A stretch of DNA of 64,000 nt, taken from Escherichia coli. GTDB taxonomy: Bacteria; Pseudomonadota; Gammaproteobacteria; Enterobacterales; Enterobacteriaceae. Made by a program: the position numbers and the translations under genes. The DNA lies in the NCBI RefSeq assembly GCF_048403405.1, contig NZ_CP183129.1. One strand, 5' to 3'. Numbering within the stretch: position 1 is the first letter of the stretch; every line of letters begins with the position of its first letter. Below, one piece after another: positions 12,806 through 24,381 of the stretch. Below the pieces are notes generated by a model. The model saw only the letters and a list, made by a program, of their open reading frames with translations, did no database searches and was not told the origin of the DNA.

Positions 12806-13336
12806 TTAGCTCATCGCTTCGAGAACCACACCGTCTTGTTCCATCTGGTCGAGACGGGAGAGCAATTTGCGGGTGATTTGCTCGAGCTGATCTTTTTCTG
12901 TTGTGCTGAGCGCGGACCAGAGTTGATGCAGGCAGTTATGCTGCGGTGGTAAAACCTCGCGCAAAAACTCGTGACCTTTTTCCGTTAATTGCAGATGCAG
13001 GCAGCGGCGATCGTTATCGCTTTCACGACGTTCGATCCAACCGCGTTTTTCCAGTTCATCGGCAATACGCGTCGCGTTGGTACGGGATGATCCAAGAGCA
13101 CAACTCAATTCAGAAGGCTGAATACTGTGGTTTTCCTGAGACTCCAGCGTAATCAACGCCATAAACAACGTCTCGTTAATCCCCTGAGCCTTCAGCATTT
13201 TATTGCGGTTCTCCAGCAGCTTGCTTTGCATGTGCATGCAAAGACGAGTCAGAAGGATCTCCTGATAAGGAAAATCTTCGTGGCGGCTGGCGCGAAATTT
13301 TAGCATTTGTTCAATGGGCGTAAACGAACTATCCAT
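12806..13336 (-). CDS. mprA: MarR-family transcriptional repressor EmrR (MprA)
   Basis: 176-aa ORF with winged-helix MarR fold, first gene of the emrRAB operon. Confidence 0.93.
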
Positions 13337-13426
13337 TTGGGTATGACCTCATTAATTTCAGCCGATATAGTAACGACAGTGACAAATAAAGTAAATGTAT
13401 TGTTTTAGAAAAATGATTCTTGTGGG

Positions 13427-13762
13427 TTATATAATCGCCATCACTTTCCAGGCGAGCCCATAGGCCAGCGCACTAAGCAGTGTTGGGATGATAATGCTGC
13501 GTGTTTTATAGAAACTGGCACCCAGTACCGCGAAGCCGACCAGCGTGGGCACGAAACGGCGTGTATCGTGCATCACTTCTGGTGCGGTAGAGACAACCAG
13601 CAGAGCGCATATCGAGGCGATGCCAATGGTGTCGAGCAATATGCCTATCGCGCCACGTTTGGTTGGGCGGGCATTACCCACACGCAGGCGCAGCGGCAAA
13701 TAGCGGAAGCAATAATTCGCCGCGCCAATCAGTAACCCAAGCAGCAGAACCTCATAGCTCAT
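13427..13762 (-). CDS. ygaH: Branched-chain amino acid (valine) exporter small subunit (AzlD family)
   Basis: 111-aa hydrophobic ORF overlapping the ygaZ stop by 11 nt. Confidence 0.9.
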   Translation of the reverse strand: MSYEVLLLGLLIGAANYCFRYLPLRLRVGNARPTKRGAIGILLDTIGIASICALLVVSTAPEVMHDTRRFVPTLVGFAVLGASFYKTRSIIIPTLLSALAYGLAWKVMAII

Positions 13763-14489
13763 CGGGCGCTCCTTGCCAGAATGCCTGGATTAACGCAGTG
13801 AGGCAGCCACAGACAATGCCTGCCAGAATGGCGACGGGAATAGAAAATAGCGTTACGCCTGCAAGGGCACCAACTAACGCTGCGGTAACGCAAAGAGATT
13901 GTTTGCGCTGGAAAGAGGCGAGCAGGAAACTCATAAAGAGTGCCGGAAGCATAAAACCTAATGCAGCTTCAACGGCGGGATAACCTTGCAGCAAGCCGCT
14001 GCCGGAGAATGCCCCTATTACCGTACCAAATACCCACGATGACCATGAACTGAAGGCAATGCCGATCATCCAGTTCTCGCTCCAGCGGCGATTATTGCGT
14101 ACCAGTTTTGCGGTTGCGGCGGCAAAAACCTCATCCGTCAGGCCAAATGCCCACAGGGCGGTTTTCGATTTTTGCAGACGCTGGATAATACGGCTACGCA
14201 GTGACGGGCCATACAAAACATGGCGAACATCCATTGCCATGACGGTCAGTGCAGCAACCCACAAACTACTCCCGGCTGCCAGCATCGCGGTAATGACGAA
14301 CTGGCTCGCGCCTGCATAAATGATGCAGGAGAAAAAAACGCTTTCGAGAGGAGAGAATCCCAGACGGGTCGCATTCAGACCGAACGCAAAGGCCACCGGA
14401 ATATAACTAATAACAATCGGTAAACTGTCTTTGCATCCTTCCATGAAGGTCGCCGAACCAGGAGCAGGCTGTGGAGTAGGGCTTTCCAT
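13752..14489 (-). CDS. ygaZ: Branched-chain amino acid exporter large subunit (AzlC family)
   Basis: 245-aa polytopic membrane ORF upstream of ygaH. Confidence 0.9.
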   Translation of the reverse strand: MESPTPQPAPGSATFMEGCKDSLPIVISYIPVAFAFGLNATRLGFSPLESVFFSCIIYAGASQFVITAMLAAGSSLWVAALTVMAMDVRHVLYGPSLRSRIIQRLQKSKTALWAFGLTDEVFAAATAKLVRNNRRWSENWMIGIAFSSWSSWVFGTVIGAFSGSGLLQGYPAVEAALGFMLPALFMSFLLASFQRKQSLCVTAALVGALAGVTLFSIPVAILAGIVCGCLTALIQAFWQGAPDEL

Positions 14490-14612
14490 AGAGTGTACGC
14501 TTAACGATTGTTAATATTATAAATAGACTGAATGAATATCTTAACCTTATCAGACTGATGGGCTTCTTAACACCCTTATAAGTGTAAAGCCACGAAAACG
14601 GTTGCTGATTGC

Positions 14613-15797
14613 TTAATTTGCAGCTTCCTGACGATGAAAACCTCGCCACCAGACCAGTAAGTTAACCAGGGCAATCGTCGCGCCAGCCAGACAAACGCCA
14701 GCCCAACCGCCATGTTGCCAGGCTGAGGCTGAAATTAGCGAACCGGCGGCACCGCCAATAAAGTAGCTGGTCATGTATCCTGCGGTCAGGCGATTACGCG
14801 CATCAGGATGTATTCGATAAATTACCGTCTGGTTAGTGATATGCACGCCCTGTACGGTGAGATCCAGCACCAGGATGCCGATAATCAAGGCCAGTACGGA
14901 AGTGTGGCCAAACCAGATCGCCAGCCATGAAAGTAATAGCAGCAGCAGACCGAAAGTAGTGGTGTGGTGCGATTTACCCTTATCGGCAAAACCGCCCGCC
15001 GGACGAGCACCCAACGCTCCGGCAGCTCCCGCAAGTCCAAACAGACCAATTACACCATCGCTGTAGTTAAAAGGTGGAGCGGCAAGCAAAAAGGCCATTG
15101 AGGTCCAGAGAATGCTGAAGTTGGCAAAGGTCAGGCAGCCCAGCAACGCGCGGGTGCGCAGAATTTTATCGCTGATAAACATGCTGAAAACGGAACCAAG
15201 CAACTGTGGGTAGTTGAGGTGGGTTTCTGATTTCATTTGTGGCAGACCACGCCATAATGCCAGCGCCATCAGTGCCATTAACACCGAGGCAACCCAAAAG
15301 ACGGTGCGCCAGCCGCCGAGGTTTGCCAGCAACCCGGCAACGGTTCGTGCCAGCAAGATCCCCAACAGCAGCCCGCTCATAATGGTGCCGACCACTTTGC
15401 CGCGTTTATCCGGTGAAGCCAGCGTCGCTGCCAGCGGAACCAGAATTTGTGCCACGACTGAGAATAAACCGGTTAATGCCGTACCGAGGATCATCATCGC
15501 CAGTGACTGACTGCTGGCAGTAATTAACATGCCGCCTGCCGCCAGTAAGGTCATCGAGACAATCAGGCGGCGACGTTCAAACATATCACCGAGGGGAACA
15601 AGAAACAGCAGACCTGCGGCATAGCCCAACTGTGCGGCGGTAACAATAAAGCCTGCCGAACTGGCGGAAAGGGAAAAGTTACGCGCGATGGTGTCGAGCA
15701 ATGGCTGGGCGTAATAGTTACTGGCTACCGCCAGACCGGTGGCGATAGACATCAGCACGATCAGCGCCGGGCTAAGCTCATGATTAGGTTTAGTCAT
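14613..15797 (-). CDS. ygaY: MFS transporter (intact here)
   Basis: 394-aa uninterrupted ORF with 12-TM MFS architecture between ygaZ and proX. Confidence 0.85.
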   Translation of the reverse strand: MTKPNHELSPALIVLMSIATGLAVASNYYAQPLLDTIARNFSLSASSAGFIVTAAQLGYAAGLLFLVPLGDMFERRRLIVSMTLLAAGGMLITASSQSLAMMILGTALTGLFSVVAQILVPLAATLASPDKRGKVVGTIMSGLLLGILLARTVAGLLANLGGWRTVFWVASVLMALMALALWRGLPQMKSETHLNYPQLLGSVFSMFISDKILRTRALLGCLTFANFSILWTSMAFLLAAPPFNYSDGVIGLFGLAGAAGALGARPAGGFADKGKSHHTTTFGLLLLLLSWLAIWFGHTSVLALIIGILVLDLTVQGVHITNQTVIYRIHPDARNRLTAGYMTSYFIGGAAGSLISASAWQHGGWAGVCLAGATIALVNLLVWWRGFHRQEAAN

Positions 15798-16249
15798 TAT
15801 TTTTGTTCATCAGGTGATGATTAAGCTGGAAATCAATAATAGCGGATGTTGATGAATGTGGGGCGAAAGATAGATTGTTAAAATGTGCGGGTAATGGGGA
15901 GAGGGTATTTGAAGGTGAAATATGCCACTAAGGCAAATGTTACGTTCACTTCCAGACTATAGCTACTTTGTCACTATTTTGCTGGTGAACGTGCCAGGGT
16001 GGCTCAGTCGCCACCACCCTGGCGACCCAGGCTTTTGGCACAAAATCGCCGCTACGCGGTACATTCGACTTATTTCTTACGGCTATCGGGTACGGGCGCG
16101 AGGTAACATCCCTGTAAGACGCGCCCTCGCCGCGCATCCCTGCGCGTCGCCCCGGCCTTCAGAAAACGTCTCATCGATTTTCAGCCGGATTAAAACCATC
16201 GCTGCAATTGTTTTACTCACATGAGCATTATCTGCGCGGTTATCAATAT

Positions 16250-17242
16250 TTACTTCTGCGCTGCCAGCGCCTCATTCACCCAGCCATCGAACTGCTGCTG
16301 GTGGGCTTTGATCCAACCATCAACGTGGCCCTGAATATCGCCTTCTGAGGCTTTGCCTTCATGCATAATGGCGTTCTGGGCGTTAATATCTGCCACTGGC
16401 AACTGCATAATGGCAAACAGTTTGGCTGCCGCCGGATTTTTCTCGGCCCAGGCTTTGTTGGCAACGATATGCATGGTGCTGACCGGGAAGCCGTAATTCG
16501 CGCCATTCGGCAGTTTGGTATCGGCATTTTTATCGCCCGGCAGTGCGGAGAACGGCACCTGCAACCAGACCACATCTTTCCCCGGTTTCAGTTCGTTACT
16601 CACCCAGTACGGCGTCCAGGTGTAGTAAAACACCGGCTTACCCTCTTTGTAACGACTGATGGTGTCAGCCATCATCGCTGCGTAGTTCCCCTGATTATGC
16701 GTCACGGTATTGGTCAGTTCATACGCAGCAAGCTGGTGGTTGATCGCACCTTCGCAGCCCCAGCCTGGGTTACAGCCGGTTAAATCCGCTTTACCGTCGC
16801 CGTTGGTATCGAACAGTTTGGCGATCTTCGGATCTTTAAGTTGCGCGATGTTGGTAATTTTGTACTGGTCGGCAGTTTTCTTATCGATCAGGTAACCTTG
16901 TGCCGCGCCGTTAACAAATACCCCTTCACGATAAAATTTCTTATCGCCACCGGCAGCTTCGTACATGTTGTCATGCAGCGGCGTCCAGTTTACGGCGGTA
17001 AAGGTCGCATCGCCGGAAGCAAGCGAGGTGTAGCCAACGTTGTAATCCACTTCGCTGGGTTTATTGACGGTATAACCTAATTTCTCCAGTGCACGACTGA
17101 CCAGCAGCGTCTGGAAGGTTTCTTCAGTGATGGTGCTCTGAACTGGATTAACAGTAATGCCTTTGCCCGGCAGATCGGCGGCAAAAGTTTGTGTAGAGAT
17201 AAGCGTGGCAAACGCTGTCGCAAAAAGTACGCTATGTCGCAT
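16250..17242 (-). CDS. proX: Glycine betaine/proline ABC transporter periplasmic binding protein
   Basis: ORF track 16250-17284; ATG at 17242 gives signal peptide [21 protein letters not shown]; last gene of proVWX. Confidence 0.94.
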   Translation of the reverse strand: MRHSVLFATAFATLISTQTFAADLPGKGITVNPVQSTITEETFQTLLVSRALEKLGYTVNKPSEVDYNVGYTSLASGDATFTAVNWTPLHDNMYEAAGGDKKFYREGVFVNGAAQGYLIDKKTADQYKITNIAQLKDPKIAKLFDTNGDGKADLTGCNPGWGCEGAINHQLAAYELTNTVTHNQGNYAAMMADTISRYKEGKPVFYYTWTPYWVSNELKPGKDVVWLQVPFSALPGDKNADTKLPNGANYGFPVSTMHIVANKAWAEKNPAAAKLFAIMQLPVADINAQNAIMHEGKASEGDIQGHVDGWIKAHQQQFDGWVNEALAAQK

Positions 17243-17299
17243 TGTTATTCCTTTTTTTGGCAGGGTGATAATGCCCGGCGTCACCGGGCAAGTGCAGAG

Positions 17300-18364
17300 T
17301 TACTTAATGAATGGGCGGGTCAGCAGACCGACAGGGCCAGTGGTGTACCAGCGACGGTTGCCGCGACTGCGTGAGTCGCGCCCAACGGCCTGCGTCAGGC
17401 GGTCGAGGATAATGGCGAGGATCACAATCCCGACGCCGCCAACGGTGGCAAGCCCCATATCCAGACGACCGATACCGCGCAGAACCATCTGACCCAGCCC
17501 GCCGACGGCAATCATCGAGGCGATGACTACCATAGAAAGAGCCAGCATCAGCGTCTGGTTAACGCCCGCCATAATGGTCGGCATCGCCAGCGGTAACTGA
17601 ACTTTGAACAGCATCTGGCGCGGGCTGGCACCGAATGAGCGCGAGGCTTCAATCAGATCCGCCGGAACCTGGTTAATCCCCAGAATCGTCAGACGGATAA
17701 TCGGCGGCAGAGCAAAGATGATCGTCACCACCACGCCCGGCACGTTACCGATACCAAACAGCATGACGATTGGTACCAGATAAACAAACGCTGGCGTGGT
17801 CTGCATGGCATCAAGCAGTGGACGAATAATTTTCGCCGCTCGCGGACTTCTCGCCAGCCAGATCCCCAACGGCAAACCGATGACGATACAGAACAGCAGG
17901 GCGGTTAACACCAGCGCCAGGGTAACCATGGCCTGCGACCAGGCACCGATTGCGCCGATGGCAATCAGCGAAACCAGAGTCGCCACGCCCATTCCGACCC
18001 CGGAAATCTGCCAGGCGATGAGAGCGAAAACGATAATCGCCACTGGCGCTGGCATACCCAGCAGCAATTGCTGGAAACCGTTGAGGATATAATCAACCGG
18101 AACGCGCACGCCCTGGAAGACGGGACGGAAATGGGTAACGACCCAGTCGATCCCTTCAGTGACCCAACTGTCGAGCGGGATCAGCGTTTTATGGAACGGA
18201 TCGAGAATATTAAAATGCTCGACGTTTGGCGCAGGCGTACTGGTCAGCCAGTCAGCACCACCGCCGTCAGTCGGTGCAGCAGCCGGTGTACCCCAGGCGT
18301 CTGCGGACTGTGCGGCACTGTCCGCCGCTGGCGTGGTATCCCACGGATTATTTTGATCAGCCAT
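17300..18364 (-). CDS. proW: Glycine betaine/proline ABC transporter permease
   Basis: 354-aa ORF with ABC permease TM core; overlaps proV stop by 8 nt. Confidence 0.94.
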   Translation of the reverse strand: MADQNNPWDTTPAADSAAQSADAWGTPAAAPTDGGGADWLTSTPAPNVEHFNILDPFHKTLIPLDSWVTEGIDWVVTHFRPVFQGVRVPVDYILNGFQQLLLGMPAPVAIIVFALIAWQISGVGMGVATLVSLIAIGAIGAWSQAMVTLALVLTALLFCIVIGLPLGIWLARSPRAAKIIRPLLDAMQTTPAFVYLVPIVMLFGIGNVPGVVVTIIFALPPIIRLTILGINQVPADLIEASRSFGASPRQMLFKVQLPLAMPTIMAGVNQTLMLALSMVVIASMIAVGGLGQMVLRGIGRLDMGLATVGGVGIVILAIILDRLTQAVGRDSRSRGNRRWYTTGPVGLLTRPFIK

Positions 18365-19559
18365 TATTTACCCCCTCACGATCTAAAGCGCGCAGCAGCA
18401 TTCCTTTCGAAATGATGCCGACATACTGTTGGTCCTCGTCGACCACGGGCACCGCACAGGGTGCCTGTCCGACATGAGAGAGCAACTCGCTAAGAGGCGT
18501 TTGTGCATCGACCGCTAACGGCGCATCAATCAGCGCCGCATCAAGACCTTGCTGCTGCGTTAACGCGGCTTTAAGCGAATCGATAGACACAGCGCCGACA
18601 AACTTATTACCGCGTTCGATGACGTAGCCATATTCGCGATCTTCATCCTGCAATAATTTCAGTGCCGAACGCGGGCCGAAGCCGGGGGTTTTACGAATTA
18701 AGCCGTTCGGTGTACGACGGGCAATATCTTTCGCACTGAACACCTGGCTAATATCGACGCCACGGAAGAAGGTACGGACATAATCATTCGCCGGATTATT
18801 GAGAATTTCATCCGGTGTGCCGACCTGTACCACTTCACCATTTTGCATAATGGCAATTCGGTCGCCAATACGCATAGCTTCATCGAGATCGTGGGAAATA
18901 AAGACAATTGTGCGCTGATGTTTCGCCTGTAATTTTACCAGCTCATCCTGCATCTCGGTGCGAATTAATGGATCGAGTGCTGAGAAGGCTTCGTCCATTA
19001 ATAATATATCCGGATTAATCGCTAACGCGCGGGCTAATCCCACACGTTGACGCATCCCGCCAGAGAGTTCATCCGGGTAGCTGTGGGCATAATTTTCCAG
19101 CCCGACCTGACGCAGTGCATCAAGGGCTTTTTCCCGGCGTTCTTCGGCATTAATTCCGGCCAATTCCATACCGAATGCAGTATTGTCCAGCACGGTCATA
19201 TGCGGCATTAAGGCAAAGGACTGGAAGACCATCGCAATCTTTTTTCTGCGCACCTCACGGAGTTCGGCGTCGGATATTTTGGCAATATCCACACCATCAA
19301 TCAGCACTTGCCCGCGGGTGGGTTCAATCAGGCGATTGAGAAGGCGTACCATTGTGGATTTACCCGAACCGGATAATCCCATGATGACAAATATCTCGCC
19401 TTCTTCAATGGCCAGACTGGCGTCTTTTACGCCAAGCGATAGCCCAGTTTTTTCCAGAATTTGTTCTTTTGAAAGTCCTTGTTCGATATATTTGAAAGCT
19501 CGCTGTGGATGCTCACCAAATATTTTATAAAGATTTTTAATTTCTAATTTAATTGCCAT
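18357..19559 (-). CDS. proV: Glycine betaine/proline ABC transporter ATPase (with C-terminal CBS domains)
   Basis: 400-aa ORF with Walker [10 protein letters not shown] and ABC signature LSGGMRQR. Confidence 0.95.
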   Translation of the reverse strand: MAIKLEIKNLYKIFGEHPQRAFKYIEQGLSKEQILEKTGLSLGVKDASLAIEEGEIFVIMGLSGSGKSTMVRLLNRLIEPTRGQVLIDGVDIAKISDAELREVRRKKIAMVFQSFALMPHMTVLDNTAFGMELAGINAEERREKALDALRQVGLENYAHSYPDELSGGMRQRVGLARALAINPDILLMDEAFSALDPLIRTEMQDELVKLQAKHQRTIVFISHDLDEAMRIGDRIAIMQNGEVVQVGTPDEILNNPANDYVRTFFRGVDISQVFSAKDIARRTPNGLIRKTPGFGPRSALKLLQDEDREYGYVIERGNKFVGAVSIDSLKAALTQQQGLDAALIDAPLAVDAQTPLSELLSHVGQAPCAVPVVDEDQQYVGIISKGMLLRALDREGVNNG

Positions 19560-19915
19560 GCAATAGAAAGATTCCTGTTATTTGTTTATGTCGATACATT
19601 ACCCAATGGAAATAGTCACTTTTTTCTACCCTAACATACTGAGAATCTGAGGCAACCCCTGATGGCAAATGTGGCATGAATATTGATGTGAGCAAATCGC
19701 CGGAATTTCCCATGATATAAGGGCTGAGAGCAAATCGAGAAAAGTTGATATTTTTTGTCAAAGATAGCGAAAAAACGCCTGAATATTGTGGTTTCAGGCG
19801 AATAATGCAACAGAGTGTCAGTGTAGATCACCACAAAATATTTGCGTGATAAAAAGCTATTTGGTGGGAATTATTTCCCTGCTGCGGGTAGTGATATTTT
19901 TGAAAAATAACACCC
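19560..19915 (-). promoter_or_regulatory. proU (proVWX) osmoregulated promoter region
   Basis: 356-bp AT-rich region upstream of proV; the proU promoter and H-NS-bound regulatory elements are expected here from E. coli knowledge. Confidence 0.5.
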
Positions 19916-20884
<969 letters not shown>

Positions 20885-23029
20885 TTAAAGTGCACAGGAG
20901 ACGCAGCCTTCAATTTCAGTGCCTTCCAGCGCCATCTGACGCAGGCGGATGTAGTAGAGCGTTTTGATACCCTTGCGCCAGGCGTAAATCTGCGCTTTGT
21001 TGATATCGCGAGTGGTGGCGGTATCGGGGAAAAACAGCGTCAGCGACAGCCCCTGATCGACATGGCGAGTCGCTTCCGCGTAGGTGTCGATGATCTTTTC
21101 TGCGCCAATTTCGTAAGCGTCCTGATACAGCGCCAGATTTTCGTTAGTCATAAATGGGGCAGGGTAGTAAACGCGTCCTGTTTTGCCCTCTTTGCGTATC
21201 TCTACTTTCGCCACAATCGGATGAATACTCGACGTGGCATGGTTGATATAAGAGATAGAACCGGTTGGCGGCACCGCCTGAAGATTCTGGTTGTAAATGC
21301 CGTAGCGCATCACGTCGTCGCGCAGCTGCGCCCACATCTCACGGGTAGGTAACGTAATACCGCTACGGGTAAACAGTTCGCCAACTTTCGCCGTTTTCGG
21401 CTGCCAGTTCCCTTGCAGATATTGGCTAAAATATTCACCACTGGCATAGCGTGACTGTTTGAACCCGGCGAAGGTTTCACCGCGTTCGCGCGCCAGCAAC
21501 ATCGAGGTACGCAGTGCGTGCCAGGTGATGGTATAGAAATAGAGATTGGTGAAATCCAGTGCTTCCGGCGAACCATAAGCGATGCCTTCTCGCGCCAGAT
21601 AGCCGTGTAAATTCATCTGCCCCAGTCCGATGGCGTGTGAGGCGGCATTTCCGGCTTCGATGGACGGCACGCTGCGGATATGACTCATATCTGACACCGC
21701 CGTTAAACCGCGCACGGCAGTCTCTACCGTGCGGGCAAAGTCGGGGGAATCCATGGTGTGGGCAATATTCAACGAACCTAAATTGCAGGAAATATCATGG
21801 CCTGTGCGGGCATAGTCGAGATTCTCGTCATACTCTGAGGCGCTGTTAACCTGCAAAATTTCTGAGCAGAGATTGCTCATATTTATGCGCCCGGCGATAG
21901 GGTTAGCACGGTTAACCGTGTCTTCATACATGATGTAGGGATAGCCGGACTCAAACTGGATTTCTGCCAGTCGCTGGAAGAAATCACGGGCGTTGATGTA
22001 TTTTTTGCGGATGCGTTCATTGGCAACCAGTTCGGCATAGTGTTCACTGATGGCGATATCAGCAAACGGCTTGCCATAAACCCGCTCAACGTCATAAGGC
22101 GAAAACAGTGCCATCTGCGCATTCTCTTTTGCCAGATGGAAAGTGATATCCGGGATCACCACGCCCAGCGACAGTGTTTTAATGCGGATTTTCTCGTCGG
22201 CATTTTCCCGTTTCGTATCGAGAAAACGCAGAATATCGGGATGATGGGCATGTAAATAGACTGCCCCAGCCCCCTGACGCGCGCCGAGCTGGTTGGCATA
22301 GGAAAATGCGTCCTCCAGCATTTTCATCACCGGAATCACGCCAGATGATTGATTTTCAATACGTTTAATTGGCGCGCCCGCTTCTCGCAGATTCGACAGC
22401 AAAAATGCCACGCCGCCGCCGCGTTTCGACAGTTGCAGTGCGGAATTTACCGCCCGGCCAATCGACTCCATGTTGTCTTCAATACGCAGCAAAAAACAGG
22501 AAACCAGTTCGCCGCGCTGCTGCTTACCACAGTTGAGGAATGTCGGTGTTGCAGGCTGAAAGCGTCCTGACAGCATCTCATCGGTCAGTTGCGTCGCCAG
22601 TGTTTCATCGCCTTGTGCCAGCATCAGCGCCACCATCGTGACTCGATCGGCAAAATCTTCCAGATAACGCTTACCGTCGAATGTCTTCAACGTATAGCTG
22701 GTGTAAAACTTCCATGCTCCGAGGAATGTCTGAAAACGAAAACCGCTGGCGTGTGCGTGGGCAAACAGCGTAATGACAAAATCGCGAGAGTAGCGGTTGA
22801 GGACGTTTTCATCATAGTAACCTTCGTTGACTAGCCAGTTCAGGCGCTGCTGCTGGCTACTGAAGGTCACACTGTTCGGACGCACATGTGTCGCCATAAA
22901 GGCGTCAACGGCCTGGCGATCTTTATCGAACTGAATGCGACCTGCGCTATCGTAAAGGTTAAGCATCGCATTCAGCGCGTGGTAATCCATCGTTTCCTGC
23001 GTCAGGCGTTCTGCGGTTGTCGTTGCCAA
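20885..23029 (-). CDS. nrdE: Class Ib ribonucleotide reductase alpha subunit
   Basis: 714-aa ORF with RNR large-subunit motifs (NLCSEI, C-terminal CVSC-type tail). Confidence 0.95.
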   Translation of the reverse strand: MATTTAERLTQETMDYHALNAMLNLYDSAGRIQFDKDRQAVDAFMATHVRPNSVTFSSQQQRLNWLVNEGYYDENVLNRYSRDFVITLFAHAHASGFRFQTFLGAWKFYTSYTLKTFDGKRYLEDFADRVTMVALMLAQGDETLATQLTDEMLSGRFQPATPTFLNCGKQQRGELVSCFLLRIEDNMESIGRAVNSALQLSKRGGGVAFLLSNLREAGAPIKRIENQSSGVIPVMKMLEDAFSYANQLGARQGAGAVYLHAHHPDILRFLDTKRENADEKIRIKTLSLGVVIPDITFHLAKENAQMALFSPYDVERVYGKPFADIAISEHYAELVANERIRKKYINARDFFQRLAEIQFESGYPYIMYEDTVNRANPIAGRINMSNLCSEILQVNSASEYDENLDYARTGHDISCNLGSLNIAHTMDSPDFARTVETAVRGLTAVSDMSHIRSVPSIEAGNAASHAIGLGQMNLHGYLAREGIAYGSPEALDFTNLYFYTITWHALRTSMLLARERGETFAGFKQSRYASGEYFSQYLQGNWQPKTAKVGELFTRSGITLPTREMWAQLRDDVMRYGIYNQNLQAVPPTGSISYINHATSSIHPIVAKVEIRKEGKTGRVYYPAPFMTNENLALYQDAYEIGAEKIIDTYAEATRHVDQGLSLTLFFPDTATTRDINKAQIYAWRKGIKTLYYIRLRQMALEGTEIEGCVSCAL

Positions 23030-23412
23030 AATTCGGTTACTCCTTTACGAACGTTTTCGATATCGCTTTGCGTACCCATGAGTTCAAAGCGGTACAGCCA
23101 CGGCACGCCGCATTTCCGGGCTATCACATCTCCGGCGCGGCCATACGCCTCACCAAAGTTGCGATTACCCGAAGCAATAACGCCGCGCAGCAACACCCGG
23201 TTGTGCTCGTTGTTTAAAAAGCGAATGACCTGTCGTGGCACTGCGCCAGCCGTACCGCCGCCGCCGTAAGAGGGCACGATCAGGATGTAAGGCTCGTCTA
23301 CCTGAATCCGTTCCCGCTCATTGAGCGGGATGCGCACCGCGGGCAGACCTAAACGTTCGATAAAACGCTGCGTGTTTTCGGAGCTACTGGAAAAGTAGAC
23401 GAGCTGGCTCAT
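23002..23412 (-). CDS. nrdI: Flavodoxin-like protein NrdI
   Basis: 136-aa [24 protein letters not shown]..; overlaps nrdE start by 28 nt. Confidence 0.94.
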   Translation of the reverse strand: MSQLVYFSSSSENTQRFIERLGLPAVRIPLNERERIQVDEPYILIVPSYGGGGTAGAVPRQVIRFLNNEHNRVLLRGVIASGNRNFGEAYGRAGDVIARKCGVPWLYRFELMGTQSDIENVRKGVTEFWQRQPQNA

Positions 23413-23654
23413 GCACTGGCCGCGTGTGGCGCTGGATGCAGACGATTGATCATGTCCGGGCGGAAACCAGACCAGCTAAGATCGCCAGCAATCACTACCG
23501 GCAACTGACGAAAGCCCTGAGCACGCAGCGCTTCCGCCGCTTCAGGAACGCGATCGACATTAATCATTTCAAAGTCAAAGCCCCGGTTTTCCATCGCCCG
23601 TTTGGTGGCGTGGCACTGAACGCAATCGTTACGAGTGTAAATAGTAATGCGCAT
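23409..23654 (-). CDS. nrdH: Glutaredoxin-like protein NrdH
   Basis: 81-aa ORF with CVQC redox motif ([22 protein letters not shown]..). Confidence 0.94.
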   Translation of the reverse strand: MRITIYTRNDCVQCHATKRAMENRGFDFEMINVDRVPEAAEALRAQGFRQLPVVIAGDLSWSGFRPDMINRLHPAPHAASA

Positions 23655-23727
23655 GATTCGTATTTCCGTTTAAAATGAAGATACGGCGCGATGATACGCG
23701 TCGGGTTGTCTCTCTGTTGATACAGAG

Positions 23728-23772
23728 ATACTAGATGTAGTTGAAAAAATATTCAACCATACAAGATATGGG
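23728..23772 (-). promoter_or_regulatory. Candidate tandem NrdR boxes upstream of nrdHIEF
   Basis: Minus-strand reading gives cccatatcttgtatgg and caactacatctagtat, two 16-bp palindrome-like boxes 29 bp apart, 74-118 bp upstream of nrdH; resembles the NrdR box consensus but is imperfect. Confidence 0.3.
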
Positions 23773-23862
23773 AATTTTAGATTGATTACGCCACCGATGA
23801 ATGGCTCAACGGGGTAGGGGATTTTGTGTTTTTTTGCCGGGCGAATACCCGGCATCAAGAAG

Positions 23863-24294
23863 TTACATCCGCATGGAAACGGCCAGACGGTTAAAACAAT
23901 TCATCAGCCCGATGGCAAACGTTAAGTCGCTGATCTCTGCTGCGCTGAAATGCTCAAGCAAAGGCTGATAAACCTCGTCTTCCGCATGGGTTCTGGCAAT
24001 TTCGGTTACCGATTCCGCCCATGCCAGCGCCGCCCGCTCGCGTTCATCAAAATGATGGCTTACGCGCCAACCTGCCAGGGCGTCCAGTTTGTGCTGTGGC
24101 ACGCCGGATTTGCGCAATGCTTTGCTGTGCATCTCCAGACAAAATGCGCAGCCGTTGATTTGCGAGACGCGCAAATAAACTAACTCCATCAACGTGGTAT
24201 CCAGCGTGCTATTTTCCAGTGCCGTTTTGGCCTGCACTAGTGCGTTATACACTGCCGGGCTAAGTTCGTAGTAAGGCTGACGTAATGTAGTCAT
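23863..24294 (-). CDS. AhpD-like / carboxymuconolactone decarboxylase family protein
   Basis: 143-aa ORF with aggaga SD; contains CxxCxxxH (GCAFCLEMH), the AhpD-type redox motif. Confidence 0.8.
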   Translation of the reverse strand: MTTLRQPYYELSPAVYNALVQAKTALENSTLDTTLMELVYLRVSQINGCAFCLEMHSKALRKSGVPQHKLDALAGWRVSHHFDERERAALAWAESVTEIARTHAEDEVYQPLLEHFSAAEISDLTFAIGLMNCFNRLAVSMRM

Positions 24295-24381
24295 ACAGTT
24301 TCTCCTCTTATTAACGCCCGCAATGTAGCACTATAATGGACTGCTAAAGAGAGCCATAAATTACCTAAAAAAGCAGACCAT

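Noticed and set aside
15922-16224. 100-aa ORF in the ygaY-proX intergenic region
   Set aside because: No RBS, Arg/Pro-rich translation across GC-rich palindromes; more likely terminator or REP-like structure than a gene
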